The notes: generated from the letters alone by a model not told the origin. Numbered from the stretch's first letter, positions 1 to 9,996 are shown. The stretch is DNA of 64,000 nt from an uncultured Acidimicrobiia bacterium (GCA_963786955.1 CAWBAT010000005.1:1600001-1664000); one strand, 5' to 3'. A program made the numbers and translations.

Positions 1-738
1 TCCAGCAAATTGCTGCCACCGGCCGCCAAATACCAATGGGCCCACGGTGAACCAAGGAGACATCCGAGAGAGCGGGCTTACCCGGCACGCTAGGGGTGGC
101 CACCCATTGAGCAGATCGTCTATCTGGAATTCATATGCACGGAGGATGTGCTCCGGCGCGATCCCACAGATGTTCGTCATCCCGTTCTCGACAGCACTCA
201 CGCCAACATAACATCCACGAAAAAAGAACAGTTCGACCGCATCGTTGATAGGTCCTTCGAAATGTGCCTTGAATCCAAATACCCGACGGCCTGCAGGGGC
301 AATCGATTTCCGTCCAATAGCGATTATTTGGCATTGGCGGCCGTCTGAGCCGGCTCCAGTAGTGATTGCGGTCGTTACGCGCTCCCGTGTGGTTGTTGCT
401 CCGAGTGCAATTGCCTTATCAAAAAGCAGGCGATCAAACTCAAAGCGGCTCAATCCGAATGCGCCATCGGGCAATTTGCTGTGGGTTGAGCGAATACCAA
501 AATGCAGAATCGTTCTTCTAAGTGGTACCGGTTGTAGACGAAGAAAGTCTTGCCAGATCCCCAGCGACTGCAAAAGGGGAACAATCTCAGGCGAAAGGAA
601 CTCACCACACACCTTATGGCGGGGGAAGCCAGACTTTTCGAATATATGGACAGACCGGGCTTCCGATAGCGCCGCGATCGCTGCTGCCGAGCCTGCGGGT
701 CCACCACCCACGATACCAATCGATTTTGACAAACCCAA
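1..738 (-). CDS. NAD(P)/FAD-dependent oxidoreductase (geranylgeranyl-reductase-like), runs off the window edge
   Basis: Manual translation (absent from the ORF track): TTG start, IGIVGGGPAGSAAA Rossmann motif, EKSGFPRHKVCGEFLSPE, GLSRFEFDRLL; open to position 1. Confidence 0.85.
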   Translation of the reverse strand, partial: MGLSKSIGIVGGGPAGSAAAIAALSEARSVHIFEKSGFPRHKVCGEFLSPEIVPLLQSLGIWQDFLRLQPVPLRRTILHFGIRSTHSKLPDGAFGLSRFEFDRLLFDKAIALGATTTRERVTTAITTGAGSDGRQCQIIAIGRKSIAPAGRRVFGFKAHFEGPINDAVELFFFRGCYVGVSAVENGMTNICGIAPEHILRAYEFQIDDLLNGWPPLACRVSPLSRMSPWFTVGPLVFGGRWQQFAG

Positions 739-927
739 GTTTAGTACCTCAAGCGGCAGGAATGGCCAGCCGCACCGTGTTTTCGATCGCTTGCAAATTG
801 AAAAAGATCGGCAATTCGCGCTGAGCTGTAAGCTGTGCTTGGCGGGAAACTATCCAGCAACGGCAGCTTGGCCGTCTGCGATTCTATGAATTGCATTATT
901 GCAGCCCGAAAAATTTCGGCACCACTT

Positions 928-1635
928 TTATTTGCGAGCTTCTTTCTTCAGTGAATATCGATTCAATTCCGTCCTCAGTTGGGCTGCCGCCGCAGGCGGC
1001 TTTGTGTTGCCCATAACGATTTCCTTATTCGTTAGCTTGGTGTGATATAGCTCAGCATTCGCGTCATCGTCGGGCCGCAGTGTGGCCCCGTCCAGCGAAA
1101 CACCCGCAAACACCCCACGCGCGCGGGAATAGGTCAAGATCTCAGCGTGCATCTTAAGATCCGTATCGGCCGATGTGGTGCGGCCCACTGGGCCTGCTGC
1201 CACCGAAGCATCGGCACCCAGAGTGAACTTGCTCGAGAGGAGCTTTTCAGCGCCTCGTTTGTTCATCACAAGCATGATGACATCCGTCTCCGAGCCTCCG
1301 ATCTGGAAACCGACGCTACCGCCTTCCACCTTCACGCCGGCTGGTGCGGACCACCCGCTACCAGAAGCTTGGCGGCACAACATGAAACCCCTGCCGTAGT
1401 TGCCTCCGACGATAAACGCGGCTTTCTTCATTCCCTCAACAATCACGATACACTCTGAGTTCTCAAGCAGTTCCTGAGGGATGCCTTTATCGGGCGTCGC
1501 CATGATCTCCGTCAAAACCTCTGCGGACACCTTTAATCGCTTTGTCGCACTATCGCTTGCATAGAGCAGTCCCCCGGACAACACCATCGCGCTGAGGCAG
1601 CCAATTCCAATTCTCATGAGTCTTTTTAGCTTCAT
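928..1635 (-). CDS. Lipid-binding SYLF (Ysc84-like) exported protein
   Basis: Signal peptide; KAAFIVGGNYGRG, GGSVGFQIGG, YSRARGVFAGVSLDG motifs; GGAG RBS. Confidence 0.93.
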   Translation of the reverse strand: MKLKRLMRIGIGCLSAMVLSGGLLYASDSATKRLKVSAEVLTEIMATPDKGIPQELLENSECIVIVEGMKKAAFIVGGNYGRGFMLCRQASGSGWSAPAGVKVEGGSVGFQIGGSETDVIMLVMNKRGAEKLLSSKFTLGADASVAAGPVGRTTSADTDLKMHAEILTYSRARGVFAGVSLDGATLRPDDDANAELYHTKLTNKEIVMGNTKPPAAAAQLRTELNRYSLKKEARK

Positions 1636-1757
1636 AAATCTCTCCTTAGTGTACTTGTATGAATCTCTTCTTACCCATCACAATACGGATGTAATGTGAT
1701 GCTATACCCTCAGTCCAACCGGTGGCGTCACGTGCTACACCTCCGCTCTTGATTCCA

Positions 1758-1822
1758 TTTATACTCTGGTGCGTTTCGAGTGTCAGTTCAGTACAGCTCA
1801 CCCGGTTGGTCAGAATTGCTCA
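1758..1822 (-). promoter_or_regulatory. Tandem-box regulon promoter, copy 1 (drives SYLF gene)
   Basis: Boxes 1807-1822 and 1785-1800; CTGACA-17bp-TATAAA on the minus strand. Confidence 0.85.
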
Positions 1823-1872
1823 CTCAGTTGATGAAGGAAACACCCTTTCTGAAAGGTTGCGTGGGAACCGGT

Positions 1873-2673
1873 TCACGGCGAGGCTGGAGGCTCCTGGTCT
1901 GTCGGGATTCCGGACAGGTAACGGTAAAAAGCCACTGCCCGGTTGATGGAGGAGGCATCGTGCCCAGTGGTCAACAGGTTCGCGTTCTTGCCCGTGCGCA
2001 CAATGCTGTAATAACGCCAGATCTCAGGGGACTCGCGCTCGAGGAAGTAGATCGACTGCAACTCACCCGCTTGAAAAAGGGGCAGCTGCCAGTACCGAAT
2101 GGTGCTGATGTTTTCGGTATCGAAAACTGCCAGATCGGGTGAGGCGCTTCGAATGTGCATGCGGTAAATCGCCTTGCCCGCTAAGTTGTCCTCCTGATGA
2201 AAGTATAGGCTCTTGCCTTCGGCGATCTCATCCGGTGAGAAGTCATTGCGGCGTCGTTCATCGGTTGGTCCAGGCAAAGCATAGGCTTCGGTGATCAGTG
2301 CCTGCCATCGCTTGTGGGAGGTCGACCAATAGCGCATCCCCGCGAGTTCGGAAATCGCCATAATCCGGTGGAGCAAGACCTCGCCTCCGGAAGTATGGTG
2401 AAAGCGGGCAACTGTAACCACCAGTGTGGTAAAGCCAGGCGCAGTCCAACCCGTGCAGGCTGGAGGGATCCAGTCGCGGCCTAGGTCGGAGCGGTCCCAG
2501 ACTCTTACAGTGGGCGGTTGATCCAGGGCAGGATAGGCGGGGAACACTGCGTCTCCGCAGGGAGGATGTGGCCCAAGATCGGCACGGCTCGTAAATTCAA
2601 AGCACCAAAGCGTCGGTATCAATGCCAGGAGGAATACTCCGGGCCAGCTTCGATAAAGCGGCTTATGAGACAA
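1873..2673 (-). CDS. Exported hypothetical protein (DUF6675-like)
   Basis: 266-aa ORF, hydrophobic N-terminus, ISELAGMRYWSTS and SSINRAVAFYRYL motifs. Confidence 0.65.
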   Translation of the reverse strand: MSHKPLYRSWPGVFLLALIPTLWCFEFTSRADLGPHPPCGDAVFPAYPALDQPPTVRVWDRSDLGRDWIPPACTGWTAPGFTTLVVTVARFHHTSGGEVLLHRIMAISELAGMRYWSTSHKRWQALITEAYALPGPTDERRRNDFSPDEIAEGKSLYFHQEDNLAGKAIYRMHIRSASPDLAVFDTENISTIRYWQLPLFQAGELQSIYFLERESPEIWRYYSIVRTGKNANLLTTGHDASSINRAVAFYRYLSGIPTDQEPPASP

Positions 2674-2756
2674 TTACTGCCAACTTTCATTTCCGAGGAT
2701 TTTTTCATTCAACGCTGCCGGGAGCGCGCAGCCCACGACTAGCGCCGCTGTTGACG

Positions 2757-4112
2757 TCACTTTGCAGGACTGGCCGCGACAATCCGAACTGGAGTCACCG
2801 ACTTCAGTTGATCCAGCGCTGTCAACACGCTCTGCCAGCCAACCTTGTCCTTTTTCGTCTCGATTGGAACAGAGAGGTCGGAATAGAAGCGCAGGATGTT
2901 GTCTCGCAGCTCCGTCGTGGTCAGATCGAATTTCCGCTTTGACAGTCTGGCCAGCAACGCTGCATACGTGTCGTCTGTCAGCGAGTATTCCCCTGCCTTG
3001 GTCCTATTGCCATCATCCAAATCACAATTGGGGGGCCGGAGTGAATCAGCGCGCACTTCTTTAAGAAAGGTCCGGTATTGATCGACGGTCGTATTGATGC
3101 TCTTGAAGTAAAGCTCCTCCGTCTGCGCGGTCGGGTTATTAAACGCGAGCGCCTTAAAAGGGCCAGTTTTGGGCATGTATCGCAAGAGCGTTGACAACAC
3201 CCGGGTGCCGGCTCCAGGCTCACTGTAGTCTTTTCCCCACTCCCTTTCATAATCAGAGCGCGAGAGACGGTACAGAAACTTTTGTTTCGCAAAAGAGGGC
3301 GTCTCGCGCATCAGGTCCTTCTTATGGGTTTGCAACGCAACCTGGGTCATCTCCGGAATCAGCCGGCTGATACTGAATCGATACGAGCCGATCGCGAGGT
3401 CCGCGCTGGGAAGCATTTCTTTCAACTCCACTCCGTAGACGATTGGAAAGACCCGCTCCAGCAGGGACTTGGACACTTTAAACCCGATGAAATCGTGATA
3501 CTGCTCTGACGCATAACGATTCTTTGCCACCTGCACCATATCGAACCCGAACTCTGTTTTCAGATGGGCCGTCTTGTCCTCCGCATATTTGACCGATTTG
3601 CCATACTTGGCCCGCAGCTTCGGATAGTAGACTGAGACGGCCTGGTTAACGGCCGGGTGGCCGGCAATGTCCGACGCATAGTGTGAAAGAGCGCCCAGCG
3701 CAAAGGCGTACTCGTTAGCATCCTGACTCTCTAGCCGCAGTTCGCGAACGAAGTCTCCGCTGCGAACATAATGCATCAGATTGCTGAATTCCGCCTTGCC
3801 GAACGGGTAATAGCCGAGATCCTGGATGACGGCGCCACCATAGGCGTACGCATGCGCTTCCTTGAGCTGGTCTTCCGACAATCCTGGATATCGCTCGAGC
3901 AGGAGAGGCCGAATCCCATCAGTCCAGAGCAAGTCTACGATTTCCTCGTGCGTGAGAACGGAGTATGCAAATGTGCCACTAGTGCCCATCAGCACGAAAA
4001 GGAGAAACATCAACACGCGGGTGCACAGGGGGCGCCGCCCCTCGCCTATGTGCCATAGCGCTAAGACTATGTAACGGGATCTCGTTAAATAAAAGGCCGA
4101 AGATTCTGCCAT
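2757..4112 (-). CDS. Zinc-dependent phospholipase C family protein
   Basis: YSVLTHE, GAVIQDLGYYPFG, GALSHYASDIAGH, HLKTEFGFD zinc-ligand motifs; true start may be ~4010. Confidence 0.85.
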   Translation of the reverse strand: MAESSAFYLTRSRYIVLALWHIGEGRRPLCTRVLMFLLFVLMGTSGTFAYSVLTHEEIVDLLWTDGIRPLLLERYPGLSEDQLKEAHAYAYGGAVIQDLGYYPFGKAEFSNLMHYVRSGDFVRELRLESQDANEYAFALGALSHYASDIAGHPAVNQAVSVYYPKLRAKYGKSVKYAEDKTAHLKTEFGFDMVQVAKNRYASEQYHDFIGFKVSKSLLERVFPIVYGVELKEMLPSADLAIGSYRFSISRLIPEMTQVALQTHKKDLMRETPSFAKQKFLYRLSRSDYEREWGKDYSEPGAGTRVLSTLLRYMPKTGPFKALAFNNPTAQTEELYFKSINTTVDQYRTFLKEVRADSLRPPNCDLDDGNRTKAGEYSLTDDTYAALLARLSKRKFDLTTTELRDNILRFYSDLSVPIETKKDKVGWQSVLTALDQLKSVTPVRIVAASPAK

Positions 4113-4136
4113 AGATTTCTTGACCCATTTTCAAAT

Positions 4137-4478
4137 TTAAGGCGCCAACAGATTTTCGGGTCCCGCAGCTAACTTGGGAAAACGCTGCATGATTTCACTC
4201 TTGATTTCACATGAAAGTTTAACAATTGAATTCTCTAGGAACTTTTTGCCCCGACGCAAAAACACTTTAAGATTGGCCTTGTGCCCGTTGATTTGCTTAA
4301 CAACGACCCACTGGGTTCGGGCGCCAGGTTCAATTTCGTAAAGCTCAACTTGAGTTTGACCTATGGGAATCGGTATCGACTTCACATACCTGATGCGACA
4401 GGGGGCGTCGGCAAATAGGGTAAAATTCATACTACTTCCTGCGTAGCAGAACTTGTACTGTTGCAGTTCCATATTCAT
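4137..4478 (-). CDS. Hypothetical protein
   Basis: 113-aa ORF with strong AAGGAGG RBS, co-directional with its neighbours. Confidence 0.55.
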   Translation of the reverse strand: MNMELQQYKFCYAGSSMNFTLFADAPCRIRYVKSIPIPIGQTQVELYEIEPGARTQWVVVKQINGHKANLKVFLRRGKKFLENSIVKLSCEIKSEIMQRFPKLAAGPENLLAP

Positions 4479-4602
4479 TCCTCCTTTTGATCAGATTCAT
4501 GTATTTGGTCTCTGCAGTTCAGCCACTGATTTTCCCGCTTGCAGGGCCTTAATCATTATGAGGGCGAGATCCGCAAGCCAGTAACTGCCGATCTCCGTGT
4601 GT

Positions 4603-4675
4603 ATCAAATGGCTTAGCTCTGTCCGCACCAGTTAGCCACGAATTCAAATGTTCTCTTTCTTGTGAAAGCCTAAAC
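4603..4675 (-). pseudogene. Relic of the cytochrome c3 gene 3' end and downstream DNA
   Basis: Aligns by eye with 18649-18722 (AGAACATTTGAATTCGTGG...GACAGAGCT[A/G]AGCCATTTGAT); heme cysteines lost. Confidence 0.75.
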
Positions 4676-4687
4676 TTTTCACTGGGG

Positions 4688-4879
4688 TCACCTTCCAACG
4701 TGGATATTGGCGAAGGAACTGAAAAGTCCAAAAATGTTTAGGAGCCACAAAACCACGGCAATAACCACGACTCCGTTGAGTATGCTCTTAATCTTACCGT
4801 CCATTGGAATGTAAGAATTGACGAGCCAGAGAAGAACGCCAATCACGATCAGGACCATCACTAATTGAATTAAAGGCAT
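4688..4879 (-). CDS. Thivi_2564 family small membrane protein
   Basis: IVIGVLLWLVNSYIPMDGKIKSILNGVVVIAVVLWLL pattern; AAGGAAGG RBS. Confidence 0.9.
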   Translation of the reverse strand: MPLIQLVMVLIVIGVLLWLVNSYIPMDGKIKSILNGVVVIAVVLWLLNIFGLFSSFANIHVGR

Positions 4880-4993
4880 GACACACCTTCCTTTCTTTCC
4901 GAGTCAGACGCTTAAAAGTCTGCTCGCAGTTATGTTCTATACGAGAAGAGCCGACCGATCTGAAATTCAAGTCCGCCGCTCGGGCGCGGACAC

Positions 4994-5149
4994 CTAGATC
5001 TGACCTAACAGCAGCAGGATGACCAAAATCAGCAAGATTAGGCCCAGTCCGCCGCTCGGGTAGTAACCCCACTGCCGGCTGTGAGGCCAAGTGGGGAGTA
5101 CACCTAACAGCATCAATACCACAATGACGATCAAGACAGTTCCAAGCAT
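4994..5149 (-). CDS. DUF3309 family small membrane protein
   Basis: LPTWPHSRQWGYYPSGGLG signature; GGAGG RBS before ATG at 5149. Confidence 0.93.
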   Translation of the reverse strand: MLGTVLIVIVVLMLLGVLPTWPHSRQWGYYPSGGLGLILLILVILLLLGQI

Positions 5150-5222
5150 ATTGTTCCTCCTTTGCACATAACATCCCGTTAGCCAAGGCCTGCAAACACT
5201 GGAATTCCTCGTTCGGAGGCTG

Positions 5223-5741
5223 TTACTTCTTTTCCCGGTCTCCTCGGTCACTTTCGGGACTAACAGCTTCTTTGACACCCTCGCCCACTTTCTGGCCGGC
5301 GCGCCCTACACTTTTACCCATTTCTTTGCCCGCCGCGACGGGTTTGCCTTTCTTCATCTCGTGGCCGACTTCTTCACCACCCTTCCCGACCTCTTGGCCC
5401 GCGCTCTTAAAACTGCCGCCTACCGACTCCGGTCCAACTCCGAGTTTGCCGGAGGTTTCGGCATCAAGGTGTCCCGTGACGGGAAGTTTCTCTGACTTTT
5501 GATATTGGCGAATCCCTGCTCGGGTTTCCGGACCTGAGATGCCATCGATCTTCCCGTTGTAATAGCCTTTGTCGTGCAGGGTTTCTTGCACCTTCTTGAT
5601 ATCCTGATGATGCGAAACTGCCGGCTGCTCTTCGCTGGGCTTAGCCGCGGAAGCCAGAGGAATCAGGATTAGTCCCAACATCCCAGTCGTCAGAAAGCTG
5701 AAGACGACCCTGGTCCACACTACTTTGCTTGTTCGATACAT
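5223..5741 (-). CDS. Exported peptidoglycan-binding domain protein (PG_binding_1)
   Basis: Signal peptide; VQETLHDKGYYNGKIDGISGPETRAGIRQYQKSEKLPVTG; G/K-rich tail. Confidence 0.88.
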   Translation of the reverse strand: MYRTSKVVWTRVVFSFLTTGMLGLILIPLASAAKPSEEQPAVSHHQDIKKVQETLHDKGYYNGKIDGISGPETRAGIRQYQKSEKLPVTGHLDAETSGKLGVGPESVGGSFKSAGQEVGKGGEEVGHEMKKGKPVAAGKEMGKSVGRAGQKVGEGVKEAVSPESDRGDREKK

Positions 5742-5893
5742 TTTCTCCTCCGAATCCATATTTGCTAGTTGTGAGTATGAAGAGTTCAACCTAGATCGAT
5801 CTGTTAGTGCCCCAAATGATTAACCCGTCGGCGTTTACTATGGGATCTCTCGTGGCTTCTGTCCCCACTAGGCTCAGGTGGAAGCTGGGGATT

Positions 5894-5958
5894 ATGTTAC
5901 CCTTCGGGTCATTCAGTGTCAGTTCACTATTGCTCACATGTCTGATCAATAGTGCTCT
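5894..5958 (-). promoter_or_regulatory. Tandem-box regulon promoter, copy 2
   Basis: Boxes 5943-5958 and 5921-5936; CTGACA-17bp-TAACAT. Confidence 0.82.
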
Positions 5959-6049
5959 CCCAGTTAATGTGCGAATCTCCACTGAGTTAGAACACGGCAG
6001 GGCCGAACGTCAACGGTTTGGAATTGCTCTCCCCATCAACGGGAGATTT

Positions 6050-8479
6050 TCAAGGGAGCAACTGGCTCTGCGGAAAGAAAAAACTCGGTGGCCATTCAAC
6101 ATTTAGAAAACTCGATCGTCCCGGCCATGGATCGAATGCCCTGATCGCTGAAATGTTCAACTGGGGCATGTCTTCACCTTCCAGTGAATCGCCTTTCAGG
6201 TAAGCATTTATGCTCAGTTCCATTCGAGCTGGAAACTCCGGCGCAAGCCCTAAAAGCTTTGCGCGGTATACTCTGAGCATGATTTCTTTGAACACCGGAA
6301 GCGCAACTCTACCACCGGTTTCCTTGGGTCCGAGGGAGCGATTGTCGTCAAAGCCGATCCGGACGCCAACGGTGATTCCTTCGGGGCCATAAGTGCAGCC
6401 CACGAAGAGGGCATCCCTGAAGTCATTGGTTGTTCCAGTCTTTCCGATCACGGCGATCGGAAAACCGCTGGAATCCAGGGCATGAGCCGTGCCGGAAGGA
6501 ATTCGCACGACACCGCGCAGTCCTTCCTGAATGAGCGACAACGCGGAGTCGTCGACAGAGACCGGGGACCCGCCATGTTTGTCCTGGGCAGCTACCTCGC
6601 CCGAACCGCGGATGATCTTCGAGATCAGATACGGCTGGGTGAGAATGCCCGATGCCATCGTGCGGTACGCATTGGCCAGCTCCAGTAAATTCACTTCAGA
6701 AGCGCCCAACGCCGTTGTGGCGTATGGCTGCAGCGGCGTCTGGATTCCAAGAATCTGAGATGTCCGCAGGATGCTGGCGATTCCAATCCGCTTTGTGATC
6801 CAAATCGCGACGGCATTTCTGGATTCCGCGAGCGCCTGCCGGAGGGGGATCATACCCTTGAATTGACCATCGTAGTTTGAAATCCATTTCGCACTCTGTT
6901 TCCCTCCATCGGGAACGCTGATGGGTTTGTCGGGAACCATGGTGTCCAGGTCAAAGGGTCCTTGCCGAAACGCAGCGAGATAGACAATGGGCTTCATTGC
7001 GGACCCAGGTTGCCGCAGAGACTCCGTGACGCGATTGAAGTCGCTGTATGACGCGGAGCGGTCTTTGTAGAACTGGCGGCCACCGGTCTCGGCGAGGACG
7101 CTCGCATCACGATTTCTCAGCACCACAACAGAGCCCTGAATCAGCCCTTTGGAGGCCGGGCGGCGCCTCTCATACATCACAAGGCCGTTCTCCAGTGCCT
7201 CATTCACAATTTGCTGCACCCGCGCATCTACCGTCGAGTAAACCTGAATATGTCCCTGCAGGAGGTCATTGACACTGGGAGCATTGTCGAGGCCTTTAAG
7301 CTCTTCAAGGACACTCTTAACGACCGCAGCCGTCTGGAATATCTTGCCCTTGTTTCGGGGGGCTACCGGAATCGGCCTTTGCGCTGCTCGCTTCTCTTCG
7401 TCCACGGAAATAAAACCGTTCGCCGCCATGAGCGCGAGAGTTTGATTTCTACGGCGTAAGACCCTTTCGCTATCGTTCGCACAGGGCGCGTAGTAGCGGG
7501 GCGACTTTGCGATGCCTGCCAGCAGCGCTGCTTTGTCAGCATCCTCTACGGTTAATGTGGCGAGAGGCCGGCCAAAATAGTATTCGGCCGCCGTCGCAAA
7601 ACCGTACTGACCGTTTCCCATGTAAATAAAACTCGCATATCGGGCCAGAATTTCTTCCTTAGCGCGGCGCTTCGAACCGTACCGTTCCTGCATCGCTCTT
7701 TCGACCCACAACGACAATCGCATCTCTTCCATCTTCCGAACGAACATGTTGGCGTTTCGCGCGCCAATCAGGTAAGAAAGCGCGCGGGGTAAGAGGACGC
7801 CGTGACGGAGCTGGTCGCTGTTTTCTTGAGCTGTCAGGTTTTGGAAAACTGTCAGGTCGTGGAGAAAATAACCCCGCACGAGCTGTTGGGTGACAGTCGA
7901 TCCTCCTTGCGGGAAGATCGTTGGACTATTCCTGCCGTCTTCGGGCCCTAACCCTATCAGGCGAACCAACAAAGTTCCAATCCTGACTTTGCCCAGAACG
8001 CGAGGGATTCTGCAATAATCCATTCCGCTATGGGTGAAGAAGTTCTTGTCCTCGGTGGCAAGGATCGCATCACGAACGATGGGCGGGATATCCTTATACT
8101 TGATGATCCGCCGGTACTCTCTTGCCAATTCCATGAGCGGCTGGCCGTTGGCATCGTAGACATGGCCGATGCAAGGAAACTCAAAACGGGTGAATGGTCC
8201 TATGTCAGGCAGGTTGGTTCGGTCAAAATAGACGTGATGGAATCCGACTATAATGAGAGCGCTCGCAATCACTGTAGGGCCAACTACAAGGTAAACAAGC
8301 CAACGCAATCGGCCTAAGCGCGAACTGCGGATTCTCCGAACAACTCCTAAGCCAACCACCCGCAGAACTCTGAACCAAGTGAGCACAAAACTCGTCGAGC
8401 TCATTGCGCGTGTGGGTAAGGCTCCTCCGCGCTGGTTCCGCCTTCTCTTCTTTGCAGGGAAGATAACTTCGAACTTCAT
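6050..8479 (-). CDS. Class A penicillin-binding protein (transglycosylase/transpeptidase, PBP1A-like)
   Basis: EDKNFFTHSG and GGSTVTQQL transglycosylase motifs; SAMK, SRN and KTG transpeptidase motifs; one TM segment. Confidence 0.93.
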   Translation of the reverse strand: MKFEVIFPAKKRRRNQRGGALPTRAMSSTSFVLTWFRVLRVVGLGVVRRIRSSRLGRLRWLVYLVVGPTVIASALIIVGFHHVYFDRTNLPDIGPFTRFEFPCIGHVYDANGQPLMELAREYRRIIKYKDIPPIVRDAILATEDKNFFTHSGMDYCRIPRVLGKVRIGTLLVRLIGLGPEDGRNSPTIFPQGGSTVTQQLVRGYFLHDLTVFQNLTAQENSDQLRHGVLLPRALSYLIGARNANMFVRKMEEMRLSLWVERAMQERYGSKRRAKEEILARYASFIYMGNGQYGFATAAEYYFGRPLATLTVEDADKAALLAGIAKSPRYYAPCANDSERVLRRRNQTLALMAANGFISVDEEKRAAQRPIPVAPRNKGKIFQTAAVVKSVLEELKGLDNAPSVNDLLQGHIQVYSTVDARVQQIVNEALENGLVMYERRRPASKGLIQGSVVVLRNRDASVLAETGGRQFYKDRSASYSDFNRVTESLRQPGSAMKPIVYLAAFRQGPFDLDTMVPDKPISVPDGGKQSAKWISNYDGQFKGMIPLRQALAESRNAVAIWITKRIGIASILRTSQILGIQTPLQPYATTALGASEVNLLELANAYRTMASGILTQPYLISKIIRGSGEVAAQDKHGGSPVSVDDSALSLIQEGLRGVVRIPSGTAHALDSSGFPIAVIGKTGTTNDFRDALFVGCTYGPEGITVGVRIGFDDNRSLGPKETGGRVALPVFKEIMLRVYRAKLLGLAPEFPARMELSINAYLKGDSLEGEDMPQLNISAIRAFDPWPGRSSFLNVEWPPSFFFPQSQLLP

Positions 8480-8773
8480 TGTGCCGCCCTGTCCGCCTGG
8501 ATTGCCTGGTATCGGGGATCTTGAATGATCAACTGCCGCACCTGGTCACGCAACTCCTGCCACTCATGGATGCAATAGCCGGCGTGATCTTCGGCCGTCA
8601 CTATGGGCCCACTTCTCTTCGAGGATTGCGATCACGGACAAAGTCTTCATTCGCTTTTGATGGGTCTGCTTGCCCACCTCCGACTCGGGCGCTTTTGCCA
8701 CGCGATCGAACTCTCCACAAGCCCGTGTCTTGATTGGGTTTCCCCATTCAGCTTGACTTACCTTGCCAATCAT
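8476..8773 (-). CDS. Small hypothetical protein, frameshifted, coupled to the PBP gene
   Basis: MIGKVSQAEW...IAILEEK, then a frame change to EDHAGYCIHEWQELRDQVRQLIIQDPRYQAIQ; stop overlaps the PBP ATG (ATGA); decayed paralog at ~13836-14100. Confidence 0.6.
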
Positions 8774-8936
8774 CTTTTCCCCCACAGCGACTGGGCTCCT
8801 CCTCTGATCCCCCAGAGTGTCCAAGTGTGCTAGATACGAACCCGCCGACAATTTCATTAGCATTAGTCTTTGGTGAGCCACAAATTTGTATGTCCCGCTA
8901 GGCCCTCCTCGCGGGCAGCTGGAAACAGGTTTTCTA

Positions 8937-9002
8937 ATATTGCCCGTGTGGGGATTTGCGCGTCAGTTCAGTACTGCTCACGCGTCTGGTCAAAACTGCT
9001 CA
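8937..9002 (-). promoter_or_regulatory. Tandem-box regulon promoter, copy 3
   Basis: Boxes 8987-9002 and 8965-8980; CTGACG -35; weak -10. Confidence 0.8.
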
Positions 9003-9088
9003 TCGCAGTTCATGAGGAGGGAACTACAGTGGGGGCCGGTGGAAATTACCTATGGTTGGACATGGAAACTTTATTGCGCTGGATTGTC

Positions 9089-9263
9089 CTCATCACCCCC
9101 CCATGGTGGGGAAGGTGTGAAAAGATTCCGCCGGGTCGGGGATGAAGCGTTGAGAATGCTTCATGCCTACAACATAATAGTAAGCCCTTTGAAATCATTG
9201 TAGGCCGCGTGACCTCACGCGGCGTTTTCCAATTCTTTCACACCTCCGGGGGGGAGTGGTGAA
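9089..9263. repeat. Long palindromic MITE/REP-like element with internal hairpins
   Basis: GGAAGGTGTGAAAAGATT pairs imperfectly with AATTCTTTCACACCTCC; inner hairpins at 9142-9164 and 9204-9223. Confidence 0.6.
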
Positions 9264-9323
9264 GTCTTGATACACCTTCACGGCGGAGTGGCAGGAAACT
9301 GCCGCACACGGCAGAACTTAATG

Positions 9324-9996
9324 TTACTCCGCACCGTCGCTCAGGACCACGCTGAGGAGGCCACTATGGACCTTCAGCCCGCCGTTGTCGCTGTAGTCGA
9401 TAAAGCCCAGCTTCCTGAACTTATTCATGAAATGACTGACCCGCGACCGGGTGGTGCCGACCATTTGCGCCAAGTGGTCCTGATTGACGCTGGGAAGTAC
9501 TGTTTCTGCTCTGCTTTCCTTGCCAAAATGTGCCAGCAGTAAGAGCATCCGAGCCAGACGCTTCTCACTGGAGTTGAAAAGCTGGTCGACGAGATCCGCT
9601 TCGAATCGGATGTTGCGCGAGAGCAGATGGATGACGAACAATTCCGAGAATGTCGTGCTGTTCGTGCAGCATGCGCGCCATCAGCGGCTTTTCAATCCTG
9701 GCCAGAGTGCAATCGGTCATGGCGGTGGCCGTCGCGATGCGCAACGGCTGGCCTGCCAGGCAGCCCTCGCCGAAGAAGTCACCGTCGCCCAGAATGGCGA
9801 CGATCGCTTCCTTGCCTTGTTGGGATGTCACCGCGAGCTTCACCTTGCCTCGTCGGAGGTAAAACACGGAATCCGCAGGTTCTCCTTGCCAGAAGATGGT
9901 GCGGTTCGCGCCATATTCTAAAACGGTTTTTCCGCGGGAGATTCCAGCTAGGAAAGGTTCCCAATCGACAGGCTTAATCTTCTTATTATTTGCCAT
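9324..9996 (-). CDS. Crp/Fnr family transcriptional regulator, paralog 1 (one frameshift near 9645)
   Basis: cNMP-binding domain (GDFFGEGCLAGQPLRIATATA) plus HTH (LAQMVGTTRSRVSHFMNKFR), split over two ORFs. Confidence 0.92.

Noticed and set aside
9324-9996. Crp paralogs as oxygen-sensing FNR
   Set aside because: No N-terminal cysteine cluster and no FNR-type ExxSR recognition helix
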